27,380 nucleotides of DNA from an uncultured Helicobacter sp. (GTDB lineage: Bacteria; Campylobacterota; Campylobacteria; Campylobacterales; Helicobacteraceae), in the NCBI GenBank assembly GCA_949299115.1, contig CASFZH010000035.1:1-27380 (forward strand), given 5' to 3'. The notes beneath the pieces were generated by a model that worked only from the letters and a program-made list of their open reading frames with translations, was not told the DNA's origin and did not search any database. A program made the translations under genes and the position numbers. Shown one piece after another: positions 17,711 to 27,380 of the stretch. How positions within the stretch are numbered: the first letter of the stretch is position 1; every line of letters begins with the position of its first letter.

Positions 17711-19063
17711 ATGTTTCATCTCAATCTTGCAACAAAAATAAAAATAAAGCGTATATTAAATATTGCAATTCCAAGTGGGTTGCAATCAGCCTTCGATATG
17801 TTTAGCATGTCTATAGCTCTTTTTTTTCTTGGCAATATTTCACCCCTGAATTTTACTGCTCTAAGTCTTGGTGCAAATTATATTATCATATTTTATCCTT
17901 TGAGTGCCATTTTTGCAATTGGCACAAATGTATTGATGTCTCATCGTTATGGTGCAAGAAATTATACCGAGATGAATACAATCTATGCTACCATGATTTA
18001 TGTTTCTTTTGGACTGTCTTTACCCATTTTTCTTCTTGCATTTCTTTGTATTCCTTTTTATTTATCAGCCTTTAATTTGAGTGAGGAACTTTTTAATCTT
18101 ACATATTCTTATGTTTCTTTAACTACTTTTGCCCTGCCGTCGATTATGATAAAGAATGTGTTGATTTCAGGTTTTGCAGCTACAGGAGATACGAAACGGC
18201 CGTTTTATATTAAGATAATGCTTACCATACTTAGTGTTTGTGGTTATTTTGTACTTATTAATGGCAATCTTGGATTCCCAAGTCTTGGGCTTTTAGGGGC
18301 GGCTATTGTTACGCTTATTGTTTCTTATCTTGAGCTTATTGCATTGTTTGTATTGCCAAAAGTCATCACAACGAGCCTGCAATTACGTCTGCAATTTCAT
18401 TATGGCTTTCTAAAAAAAGCATTAAAAATTGGCATTCCAACTGGCATGGAGAGAATTTTTACGATTTGCTCACTTAATATTATTTTGGTATTTGTTGGGC
18501 AATATGCAGTGATTTATCAGGATAGTGCTATGACAGGTTTTCAGGCAGGGAGCAAGATAGAAGGTTTTTCATTTGTACCGGGATTTGGATTCATGGTGGC
18601 TATTACAAGTTTGATGGGACAAAGCTTAGGGGCAAAAAATTATAAACTAGGTGCTGAATATACGAGAATTTGTGCTATATTGGCAAGCATCATTTTAGGA
18701 GTCTGTGGACTTATATTAGCCATTTTTGCACAACCACTTTCTGCTATTTTTATAAAACAAGATTCAATGGCTATCACAATTTCTGTGGCATATCTTATTG
18801 CAGTAGGATTATCACAGATTCCATTAATCCTTTCATTTATTTATGATGGTGCTTTGCGTGGAGCAGGATTTACACAGATTCCATTATTTATTAATATTGC
18901 AAGTATTTCATTATTTCGATTATTACCAATGTGGATTTGTTCAAAAATACATTTAAGTATTTATATTTTATTTTTCATTATTTTTCTTGAAACATATATT
19001 AGAGCAGTGATTTTTTATTTCGTGTTTAGAAGTGGCATTTGGAAAAAATCAAAAGCTATATAA
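17711..19063 (+). CDS. MATE-family multidrug/toxin efflux transporter (NorM-like)
   Basis: 450 aa, 12 predicted hydrophobic helices, N-terminal RILNIAIPSGLQSAFDMFSMSIALFFLG typical of MATE. Confidence 0.85.
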   Translation: MFHLNLATKIKIKRILNIAIPSGLQSAFDMFSMSIALFFLGNISPLNFTALSLGANYIIIFYPLSAIFAIGTNVLMSHRYGARNYTEMNTIYATMIYVSFGLSLPIFLLAFLCIPFYLSAFNLSEELFNLTYSYVSLTTFALPSIMIKNVLISGFAATGDTKRPFYIKIMLTILSVCGYFVLINGNLGFPSLGLLGAAIVTLIVSYLELIALFVLPKVITTSLQLRLQFHYGFLKKALKIGIPTGMERIFTICSLNIILVFVGQYAVIYQDSAMTGFQAGSKIEGFSFVPGFGFMVAITSLMGQSLGAKNYKLGAEYTRICAILASIILGVCGLILAIFAQPLSAIFIKQDSMAITISVAYLIAVGLSQIPLILSFIYDGALRGAGFTQIPLFINIASISLFRLLPMWICSKIHLSIYILFFIIFLETYIRAVIFYFVFRSGIWKKSKAI

Positions 19064-19071
19064 TATTTGTA

Positions 19072-20148
19072 TTAACGGGCTTTATAACTATTCCATGCTT
19101 GCAATGTTGCTGCACAGAATCTACTTTGGGTATATGGATATGGTATGAGTTTATCATGTTGGACTAATACACAAAGCTTAGAATCTATGAAAATTGGCAA
19201 AAAATATTGTTTCATCTTTTGTAAATTTCTCTGCAAATAGAATATCCATGGAATGAAGATATGCGAAATACATGAATCAATAGATGGATAATTATCACTG
19301 CCTGCTTTGCATTGCAGAATAATGACTGGATTACTAGGTTCAAAACGTGGAAATCGAAATTGTGCTTGCATAGTTTTGGTAGTTTGTGAAGTATGAAAGA
19401 TTTGATTTATGATGCGAAGCGTGGATTGAGGGTAGTTTTTAGTCATATTGTCTAATATAAAATTGCTTTGAAATTTCTCAAAGTATTTTGCATATATGAT
19501 TCTATAATATAGCAATGATTGCATAGTAGCTGGTAATTTGTATTCTTGTAATCCCGTGATTTCTTGTGTTTTTGTGGAAGTGTGAGCTTGTTTAGAATAT
19601 TTGTTTGTAAGATGTAAAAGGCTTTGTGCCAAAATGATATCATTTAAATTTATGTAGCTTTCATTTTCTAATTGTTTTAAATTACGTGCGATTTGTGCCA
19701 CAAAATTTGCACTTGCTATGTTGTCACTAAAATTTAATGGGCTTTGAAAGACACTCCAGGGTGCAATTTCTAAAGGTTGTGCCATAATAAATAAAAATTC
19801 TCTTAAAAATTCTTGTGAGAACATCGTAAAACTTACAGATTGGAGTAGCATATCTGTTTGCACAGATGTAGTATTGTACTCTATTTGACTCAAATCTGCA
19901 AAATAAAGTTTGGCAAATTTTTCATATTCATCTGCCCCTTTTTTACTTTTTGACTCTTTTATAATTGGGCTTAAATGTGTTTTATACCATTGATTACTTT
20001 CTTCTTTTGTATTAGCAAACGGGATACTTGGCTGATTATTGTGGATTTGCTCTTTTATGTCTTGCGTTAGTTTAGGTTGTTTTTTTGCACACGCACTCAA
20101 TAATACTATGAGTACAAGAGCTATAAAAAGTAGTAGTTGTTTTAACAT
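19072..20148 (-). CDS. hypothetical lipoprotein
   Basis: Lipoprotein signal peptide MLKQLLLFIALVLIVLLSAC with lipobox LSAC. Start placed at ATG 20148 (AAGG 8 nt upstream) rather than TTG 20181. No recognisable domain. Confidence 0.5.
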   Translation of the reverse strand: MLKQLLLFIALVLIVLLSACAKKQPKLTQDIKEQIHNNQPSIPFANTKEESNQWYKTHLSPIIKESKSKKGADEYEKFAKLYFADLSQIEYNTTSVQTDMLLQSVSFTMFSQEFLREFLFIMAQPLEIAPWSVFQSPLNFSDNIASANFVAQIARNLKQLENESYINLNDIILAQSLLHLTNKYSKQAHTSTKTQEITGLQEYKLPATMQSLLYYRIIYAKYFEKFQSNFILDNMTKNYPQSTLRIINQIFHTSQTTKTMQAQFRFPRFEPSNPVIILQCKAGSDNYPSIDSCISHIFIPWIFYLQRNLQKMKQYFLPIFIDSKLCVLVQHDKLIPYPYTQSRFCAATLQAWNSYKAR

Positions 20149-20311
20149 TTTTAACCTTAGCATTGTATTTTCATATTGCAAGCACCAAATGTGTTAGAAT
20201 CTCCTTAGTTGATTAATAATAACTTAAGCTTCCTTAAAAAATACTTATGTTGCTCTTTTTGTGATTACATAAGAGTGTGGAATATGAATTGTTATTATTG
20301 CAATTGTTTGC

Positions 20312-21220
20312 TTAACACACTTCGATATATAAACCATTTCGACGTATTTTTCCTTCTAATTCATATTCTAGGATTTTATTACCAAATTTTTGTAGTGCTT
20401 CATCAAAAAATCCATGATTTTTAGCAAACTGCAAAATCTCATCATCTTTGTCATTTGCATAGTTTATATCAAAGCTTTTGCAAATATTTTGTATGAATAA
20501 CTCTAGGTCATAAATACCCATTGCTTTATTATTATGCAATAAAGCTTGTGTGCCTAAGCTTTCATTCAATCTATGCGGTAATACAAAGAGAGGTTTTTTG
20601 AGTGCAATACTAAGATTGGCAGATGAGCTTGAACCACTTCTTAAGTCGGCTTGTGGAATGATAATAATATCACTTAGAGCTATAATGATTCGGTTGCGTT
20701 CTAAAAAACTATGTTTCCTAGGAGTAAAACCATTTTTATATTCACTCACAAGCAGTCCTTGTTGTCGCACAGAATCTATTAATGATATATTTTCTTTTGG
20801 ATAGTATGTATCAATACCAGAAGGAAGCACCATAATGCTATTTGGACCACTATGTTCATGTGCAATGCTATCAATCCCAACTGCACCACCGCTTACAATA
20901 ACAAAACCTTTTGTGGCAAATTTCTTTGCAAGAGTAGCGGTATAAGATTTTACATATTGATTTGGAGTGCGTGTGCCGATGATGGCAACTTTTGGTTTTT
21001 TGAGTAAGTCAAGATTCCCTTGTATCATTATCCCCTTAAAGTCTTTATAGAGATATTTGCTTGATAGATTACATTGTTTAGCGATATTGGGAATATTGTG
21101 AAGTATCTCTAATTTTTCTTTACCTATATATTTACCAAGAATGCTGGAATCTATAAATGACGCATGTGTCTGTATAGCATTATTTCTCTGATTGTGCATG
21201 TATCCCCCATTCGTATTCAA
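20312..21220 (-). CDS. dprA: DNA-processing protein DprA (Smf)
   Basis: VAIIGTRTPNQYVKSYTATLAKKFATKGFVIVSGGAVGIDSIAHEH is the DprA Rossmann signature; alternative start at ATG 21199 has the better RBS (GGGGGAT). Confidence 0.8.
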   Translation of the reverse strand: MNTNGGYMHNQRNNAIQTHASFIDSSILGKYIGKEKLEILHNIPNIAKQCNLSSKYLYKDFKGIMIQGNLDLLKKPKVAIIGTRTPNQYVKSYTATLAKKFATKGFVIVSGGAVGIDSIAHEHSGPNSIMVLPSGIDTYYPKENISLIDSVRQQGLLVSEYKNGFTPRKHSFLERNRIIIALSDIIIIPQADLRSGSSSSANLSIALKKPLFVLPHRLNESLGTQALLHNNKAMGIYDLELFIQNICKSFDINYANDKDDEILQFAKNHGFFDEALQKFGNKILEYELEGKIRRNGLYIEVC

Positions 21221-21374
21221 AAATTTATAAAACTTTGTCTTAATTTTTCGTATTTTCTCATGTTACGCTATTTTTAATGCTCTGGTATATTTTAAAATCC
21301 CAAAAAATCTGCTACAATCTAATACCATAAATTTTAAAATATTTTTATAATATAGCATGATTTTAAGGATAAAT

Positions 21375-22205
21375 ATGTGTAAAAGTTATTGTCAGATTGT
21401 TGTTTGGCGGAGTTTTATATTATCTTTTTTTATGTTGCCTATATGGGTATGGGCAGATTCACTTACGCAACAGAAGCTTGATATGTATTTTAAAGAGTTT
21501 ATGAAAGAGTTTCCTGTTGTCAAATTTAGCGGGTTTTTTCATAATGATGCGAATCCAAAGACTGGTATTCACATCTCAAATTGTCAAGATAATATGTGTG
21601 AGATAAGCTACAATGATTATAGTGATTTTAAACAAAATTTTGCTCCAGTTCCAGAATGTAAAAGTGCAAAAAAAATTGAAATTGTAGATTCTTACCATGC
21701 TAGGGTAGGCAATGCGGTGATGAGGATAGAAGATAATAAAATGCGAATTTACGGTAGCATTATGTTTGAGTGTGAACCTCATAAAATTACACATAATCTC
21801 GTGCTTTTACAAGCAGTCTTTGATTCTCCTTTACATGCTTATGAATTGGAAGTAAAAGATGTCATTTTAGAGGCTGCATTTCCCTATCCTGTGAATCTTG
21901 ATTGTTTGAATCGTTTGGCTTTTAGTGAAGCATATATTTGTGCACAGCCATTATTAAGCGATACTTATGGTTTTGGACAATTTTTTATATTCCTTGCTAG
22001 CAAAGAACCACAATCTTTTCATGTGCCACATAAAACATATACAGATTATAAAATCATGCAAAAAGAAATAGCAATGTGTCAACATAGTAAAAGACATACG
22101 GAATGTATCCATACTGCATTAGGAAAATTTGAGACAAACATACGTAACAATATTATGCTTAATAATGATACGCCACATATTTTATCTTACCATTTATTAC
22201 AATAA
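21375..22205 (+). CDS. hypothetical secreted protein
   Basis: Start at ATG 21375 (RBS AAGGAT 4 nt upstream); signal-peptide-like N-terminus ...SFILSFFMLPIWVWADS; Cys-rich; no recognisable domain. Confidence 0.5.
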   Translation: MCKSYCQIVVWRSFILSFFMLPIWVWADSLTQQKLDMYFKEFMKEFPVVKFSGFFHNDANPKTGIHISNCQDNMCEISYNDYSDFKQNFAPVPECKSAKKIEIVDSYHARVGNAVMRIEDNKMRIYGSIMFECEPHKITHNLVLLQAVFDSPLHAYELEVKDVILEAAFPYPVNLDCLNRLAFSEAYICAQPLLSDTYGFGQFFIFLASKEPQSFHVPHKTYTDYKIMQKEIAMCQHSKRHTECIHTALGKFETNIRNNIMLNNDTPHILSYHLLQ

Positions 22206-22369
22206 TCGCAATTTAATATTTATTATTCTTTAGATTCAGTGCTTTTTAGCAAAATAAAACTTTTAAGTGCAATATATTATGATTGCATTTTTATTTGTGA
22301 TAGGTTTTTGTATCATATTTGTTATTTGTGTTATAATAGTGCTTATTTAAATTATAGCAATGAGAGTTT

Positions 22370-23281
22370 ATGAAAATATTAATAATATTTGCAATGATGG
22401 GCTGGGGATTAGTGTGGCCGCTTTCTAAAATGATGACAGAAATAATGCGTCCAGAACAAGCCTCTGCTATTCGTTTTATCATCGTAACATTGAGCTTTCT
22501 CCCGATTATATGGTATTATAAAATGTCTTTTATAATACCAAGATATGTGATAATTCCAGTATTTTTTACAGGAATTTTAAACGCACTCTACACTTATCTT
22601 ATGTATATTGGTTTTCAATATGGAGATGCTGGGAGTGCTGGAGTTATAGTAGAAGTTTTATCACCAATTATTGCCGCATTTTTATGGAATATTCTACGAA
22701 AGAATAGTTTTTTAAAACGTGAAAAATGGGGATTATTTTTTGGTATTATTTCTGGTTTGTTTTTAGTCAATTTGTTTGGTAACTTTCATGCTCTCATGTC
22801 TCCGTTTAATATTATTTATTTGTTCGCTGCTCTTACATGGGCTTTGCTTGTGATTACATCACGTTATGCAACTGAAGGGATTCATGCTATTGTGTTAAAT
22901 TTTTATGTTTCTCTTATCACAGTTATATGTCTTTTACCTTCATTTTGGCTTTTTGATTCCAAACCACTTGTTGAAATAGAATGTCGTTTTTGGATAATGG
23001 CTTTTCTGGCTGCAGTTTTTTGCACCACTTTTTCAACAACCATATATTATAAGGCATTGCATGTATTGGGTGTAACGCAAGGTGGTGTTTATGCACTATT
23101 AGCTCCAGTCTTTGCTCTTGCTTTTTCATGGCTTATGTTAGGTGAGATATTGCAATGGCATACAATTGTCGGAGGAATTATTGCTATTATTGCTATTTAT
23201 TTAATTAATTATTTTGATTCGTTGCGATTTAAAAAGAAAAACAGAAAATCAAAATATCAACAAACTCTTGATTCAAAATAG
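22370..23281 (+). CDS. EamA/DMT-superfamily transporter
   Basis: 303 aa, about 10 hydrophobic helices in two repeated halves, typical EamA architecture. Confidence 0.75.
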   Translation: MKILIIFAMMGWGLVWPLSKMMTEIMRPEQASAIRFIIVTLSFLPIIWYYKMSFIIPRYVIIPVFFTGILNALYTYLMYIGFQYGDAGSAGVIVEVLSPIIAAFLWNILRKNSFLKREKWGLFFGIISGLFLVNLFGNFHALMSPFNIIYLFAALTWALLVITSRYATEGIHAIVLNFYVSLITVICLLPSFWLFDSKPLVEIECRFWIMAFLAAVFCTTFSTTIYYKALHVLGVTQGGVYALLAPVFALAFSWLMLGEILQWHTIVGGIIAIIAIYLINYFDSLRFKKKNRKSKYQQTLDSK

Positions 23282-23747
23282 CTCTATTATCATTCTATAT
23301 TATTGAATACTATTGTTTTTAACTCATGTCATATCATCAGATATTATATTGTTGAGATAATTTCTTAAGTCAAATAATTATTATCCTAGTTCTTAAGTTT
23401 TGTCTTTTTAATTTATTAAGTAAAACAATATTTTTGTTGTTCCTATTTTTTTTACAATCATAAAATGAGTAATAAAATTTTACTTGGATTTTACTAATTA
23501 ATCTTTTGCATATCTAGCCTATATAAATGCTAAGAGATAGAGAGACAGTGTGATTATATTATGCCATGTTTTTAAGATAAAACCTCATCAATATATTTAA
23601 CTGTATTAAATTTACTATTTATAAGTTATTGTGTACGTAAGGCTATATGCAAACTTCAACAAGATATACATGCAAATGTATGGGTTCAATCAATATGATT
23701 GTGATTTCTAAAATTGCTATACAATACTATAATTTTTTGTTTTTGTG

Positions 23748-24881
23748 TTATACTCGCTTGGCTTTTTGCATCTCTTCTAAGTATGCACCATAAAGCTGTA
23801 TATTCTCTTGCATTTTTGGTAAAGACTGAATTTTAAAGTTTTTCATATCTTCCATTGCACTAATGACATTGTCAAAAGCATTTTTGAGCTTATCCATATC
23901 AAGCATAGCATTAGCTGCCCCTTGCTGAATCTGCGTCCCTTGCTCTTTGAGCTTTGCTCCTGTGTGTGCGATTAGTTCGCTTGTTTGTGCATTAATATCC
24001 TGTACTGCTTGTAACACTCTATTTTGTTGGTCTAGTCCTTGTGCTGTAATGATAGCGACATTTAAGGCATTTAATGTTACGGATTTTGTCCTATCAACAC
24101 TATTAATTAGTTCTTTATTATTATTTATTAAGGTTTTGAGTGCTACTTCACCTTGTGTATGCACGAGGATTTGTTGTTGTAGGTCTATAATTTTTTGTTT
24201 TAATGGGAAAAGAATCTGATTTTGCATTTTTTCTTTATTTTGTGGTGTTATTATCATACCATGCGTAATCTCTGCATAGACTTCTGGAATTTTGTTTTCT
24301 TGTTGTGCTACGATGTTGTGAGAATCTGTATGATTAGAAATTCCGGAGGAATCGGCATTATTTTGTAGTAGAGATGTTGTTGGAGTTTGATTGGTTGTGG
24401 AATCAGAAAGCAGGGATTCTATATACACATTCGCCTCATTAGCTATATTTAATTGTTTTTGTAGCTTTTGGGCAAGCTCTGCATTTCTTGATGCTTCTAT
24501 CTCTAAGGCAACATTATCACGTAATAAAATTTGCTTGCCATTTTCCAATTTTTTAAGAATCTCATTTAACAAATCTTGATTATCTTGAAATTTCTGAAAA
24601 TATTTTTTCATACTCATAGCTGTTTTTCCAAAAAGCTTTTCAAAAAATGAAGGTTTAAAATTATGAGGGCTAATCTCATTAACTGTATTTTGTAATGAAG
24701 TGAGAGCATCAAATACAGGCTTATCACGTCCTTCTAGATTTGCAAGATTCCCGCGAATCATTTCACTAATTTGCATACTTTCAATTTTCTCTTGTTCACC
24801 AAATGTGTCAATTATATCACGTTGTATGTTACCTTGTGAAATCTCTTTATTCATCTTATCGATAAGTACATTGGTATTCAT
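23748..24881 (-). CDS. TelA-family (toxic anion resistance-like) protein
   Basis: 377 aa coiled-coil protein whose C-terminal region LNALNVAIITAQGLDQQNRVLQAVQDINAQTSELIAHTGAKLKEQGTQIQQGA...KLKNAFDNVISAMEDM resembles the TelA/KlaA family. Confidence 0.55.
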   Translation of the reverse strand: MNTNVLIDKMNKEISQGNIQRDIIDTFGEQEKIESMQISEMIRGNLANLEGRDKPVFDALTSLQNTVNEISPHNFKPSFFEKLFGKTAMSMKKYFQKFQDNQDLLNEILKKLENGKQILLRDNVALEIEASRNAELAQKLQKQLNIANEANVYIESLLSDSTTNQTPTTSLLQNNADSSGISNHTDSHNIVAQQENKIPEVYAEITHGMIITPQNKEKMQNQILFPLKQKIIDLQQQILVHTQGEVALKTLINNNKELINSVDRTKSVTLNALNVAIITAQGLDQQNRVLQAVQDINAQTSELIAHTGAKLKEQGTQIQQGAANAMLDMDKLKNAFDNVISAMEDMKNFKIQSLPKMQENIQLYGAYLEEMQKAKRV

Positions 24882-25282
24882 AAATTATTCCTTTCACTTA
24901 TTGCTTACTTAATTTTTATGTATTAATCTTATACGTTTAACATGGATCAATATTCCACAAATAATGTTCTACAATTCTAAGATTCTGAGTAATCCTTACT
25001 ATTCCCTACGATTTGAATGTAATGCTAAACTCAACATATTATAAATAAGACTAAACAAGATAGAGTAATGTAAATTTTAGCTCAAAACTTCATCTAAATT
25101 TTTTTCAATAAAGTATAAGGCTAGTAATCATAACGTTAAAAAGAAAACCAAATAGAAATAATGCGATTTTGCCTAATTGAGTTTTCTTCCAAGTTACGTA
25201 AATGTGTTTTCTCAAGTGTTAATATGGTTTTTATGTTGAATTTTAACAAACTTCTTATTTTCCATAGCCTCACATTGAAAGA

Positions 25283-25294
25283 GGGGGGGGGGGG
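25283..25294. repeat. Intergenic homopolymeric G12 tract between divergent telA-like and flotillin-like genes
   Basis: gaaagaGGGGGGGGGGGGcaatac read directly; about 400 bp upstream of the telA-like start and about 240 bp upstream of the flotillin-like start. Confidence 0.9.
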
Positions 25295-25531
25295 CAATAC
25301 TGTGTTGCAATAATATATGAGCTAATACTTAGTAATTACCGCTATTAATACTAAACTCATTTTTATATTGTTTCATTTATGATAATAACATGATTTTAAA
25401 AATTACTCTTATATAAGCTATATCCAAAAAACTATTTCCTGTCTTGCTTTGTAACTATTCTCGAAAATAAAATATATGATAATTTATGGTATTATACTGA
25501 TATTTTATTTTTTGGGAATTAAGGAGTCATA

Positions 25532-26926
25532 GTGAATCTTATTATTTTAATTATATTAGCTACTCTTGCGATTATCATTGGTGCAATAGTTTTGATTGGT
25601 TTTCTAGCATTAATGTTTCGACGTGTTGTAGCAACTAATGAAGTGCATATTATTCAGTCAGCTAAAAATACTATTTCGTACGGTAAAGATACAGGAAACG
25701 GGAATACCTATTATGAGTGGCCATCATGGATTCCAATCTTTGGTGTAACAAAGATCATTTTACCTGTTTCTGTTTTTGATATTAATCTCAATAGTTATGA
25801 AGCATACGATAAGGGTAGAGTGCCATTCATTGTTGATATTACGGCTTTTTTTAGAATCAAAGATTCTAATGTTGCCGCACAAAGGGTGGCAAATTTTGAA
25901 GAATTAATCGAACAGCTACGTGCTATTATACAAGGGTCAGTCCGAACCATTCTTTCATCTCATGAGATAGAAGATATTATGCACTCACGAAGCACTTTTG
26001 GAGATAGCTTCACTAAAGAAGTTAGAGAACAGTTGGCAGCGTGGGGTGTCGAAGCAGTAAAAAACCTAGAGCTTATGGATATCCGAGATAGCAAAGAATC
26101 AAATGTTATTAAAAATATCATGGAAAAGAAAAAATCTCTAATTGAAATGCAAAGCAGAGTTGAGGTAGCCGAGAATCTAAAAAATGCCGAGATTGCTGAA
26201 ATTAATGCTAAACAGGCGACATCTATCCAAGAACAGACCGCTAAACAAGTCGTGGGACTAAAGACTGTAGAGGCACAACGTGAGGTTGATATTTCCGCCC
26301 AAAAAGCCTCACAACTCGTGAAAGAACAAGAAAAAATTACAAAAGAAAAAGAAATGGAGGTTATCAAAGTAGCTGATACGAAACGTGCTGAAATCACAAA
26401 GGACGTCAATGTCTTAAAAGCCGAAGAAAGCAAGCAAACTGCAATTATCAATGCGGAGGGTGAAAAACAAAAAGAGATTTTGCGTTCTGAAGCACTTTTA
26501 GAATCTAAAAAGCGAGAGGCCGAAGCACTTTTGGAAATGAAGAGTAAAGAGGCAAAAGGTATTGAGCTAGAGGGAGCAGCAAAGGCAGAATCTGAAAAAC
26601 TCATGCAAATGGCACCAGTTGATGCACAAATCAATCTTGCTAAAGAAATTGGAGAGAATCAAGGATATCAAAATTATCTTATTGCTATTCGTGAAATTGA
26701 GGCACATCAAGCCATTGGAATTGAGCAAGCAAAGGCTCTTATGCAAGCCGAAATTAAGATCATTGCAAATGCTGGGAATGGTAAAGTAAGTGAAGGGCTA
26801 AAAAGTGTGAGCGAAATCTTTTCTGCAAAAGGTGGGACAGAGATAGGGGCTATGCTTGAGGGTATCGCACAAAGTGATTTTGGGAAAAATTTGCTTAATA
26901 AATTTAGTAAAAAATCAGAATCTTAA
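25532..26926 (+). CDS. Flotillin-like SPFH/Band-7 protein (YqiK-like)
   Basis: GTG start with RBS AAGGAG 5 nt upstream; N-terminal TM helix, SPFH domain, then a long E/A/K-rich coiled coil. Confidence 0.75.
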   Translation: MNLIILIILATLAIIIGAIVLIGFLALMFRRVVATNEVHIIQSAKNTISYGKDTGNGNTYYEWPSWIPIFGVTKIILPVSVFDINLNSYEAYDKGRVPFIVDITAFFRIKDSNVAAQRVANFEELIEQLRAIIQGSVRTILSSHEIEDIMHSRSTFGDSFTKEVREQLAAWGVEAVKNLELMDIRDSKESNVIKNIMEKKKSLIEMQSRVEVAENLKNAEIAEINAKQATSIQEQTAKQVVGLKTVEAQREVDISAQKASQLVKEQEKITKEKEMEVIKVADTKRAEITKDVNVLKAEESKQTAIINAEGEKQKEILRSEALLESKKREAEALLEMKSKEAKGIELEGAAKAESEKLMQMAPVDAQINLAKEIGENQGYQNYLIAIREIEAHQAIGIEQAKALMQAEIKIIANAGNGKVSEGLKSVSEIFSAKGGTEIGAMLEGIAQSDFGKNLLNKFSKKSES

Positions 26927-27380
26927 AAATGGGAAACGACTTGTTGATTTAGTTCCTAATTCTTTATTTTTATCTGTATTATAATATGTTTGCCCTCTAT
27001 TTATACCGCATTGCCTATACATAGATGAGCGGCATTTGAGTAGTATGTTAATATTGATTCTAAAATTTAGTCATGTGGGGTATGAGCTAAAACATCTAAA
27101 ATTGTAGATTCTAATCTAAAGTAATACTATTATGCCAAGATTCTAAAGATTCTGTTCTGTGATATTCTTAGAATCTCTATCATTTAAGCCTTTAGGCAAA
27201 CATTTTGGAGAAAATTATTTTTAAGGTTGTTTTGCTATTCTAAGATATTTCATTCATTCATTTAAATATTACACCAAAGTCATTGCAAAAAGTACAGAAT
27301 CTATAAAGCCTATCAAAAATCTAATTTAAAGTTACTATAAGTTCGTGTTTAGTTTAAAGATTTTATATTTTTATATTTTT

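Noticed and set aside
17083-19063. crdA-like plus MATE pump as a metal-resistance island
   Set aside because: The genes are on opposite strands and not obviously co-transcribed; a CrdA-like gene next to unrelated transporters is ordinary in Helicobacter and not novel.
25960-26634. 224-aa minus-strand ORF inside the flotillin gene
   Set aside because: Antisense reading of the E/A/K-rich coiled-coil region produces a stop-free Ser/Ala/Phe-rich frame; a classic artefact.
1-27380. Searched for CRISPR arrays, IS elements/transposases, integrases and rRNA
   Set aside because: No direct-repeat/spacer arrays, no transposase or integrase-like ORFs, no rRNA-like sequence; the only mobile-looking elements are the TA pair and the duplicated gene fragment.

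Overview
AT-rich window (about one-third GC by eye), most consistent with a Campylobacterota genome and probably an enterohepatic Helicobacter. Support for this is the dcd-accB-accC synteny, an Hcp-type Sel1 cysteine-rich protein, a CrdA-like Met-rich copper protein, AAGGAG-type RBSs and homopolymeric G/C tracts. Housekeeping genes: tRNA-Met(CAU), yraN, an NFACT/FbpA-family protein, dcd, accB, accC, gmhA, bifunctional manC, a MATE efflux pump, dprA, an EamA transporter, a TelA-like protein and a flotillin-like SPFH protein.

Between manC and the crdA-like gene lies an accessory-looking segment (about 10.9-17.1 kb). It carries:
- a TupA-like ATP-grasp amidoligase split by a G12 tract, so slipped-strand phase variation is likely;
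- a class I/II PLP aminotransferase/decarboxylase;
- a dinJ/relB antitoxin followed by a yoeB-like toxin whose reading frame is intact except for three consecutive in-frame stop codons;
- a HAD-IB phosphatase with an unusual D-x-C motif I;
- an inverted, promoterless partial second copy of the ATP-grasp 3' half that shares a 27-nt identical junction with the expressed copy;
- about 1 kb of gene-free AT-rich DNA.

The gene content matches my recollection of the Campylobacter jejuni capsule glucuronamide-decoration module (Cj1438 ATP-grasp, Cj1437/1436 PLP enzymes, Cj1435 HAD phosphatase). I therefore propose a phase- and possibly cassette-variable amide decoration of a surface glycan.

Other features of note:
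- an FkbM methyltransferase pseudogene with two frameshifts and a C8 tract upstream;
- an intergenic G12 tract between the divergent telA and flotillin genes;
- a 23-bp perfect inverted repeat;
- roughly 9-fold over-representation of the heptamer AGAATCT/AGATTCT.

No CRISPR array, IS element, integrase or rRNA was seen.
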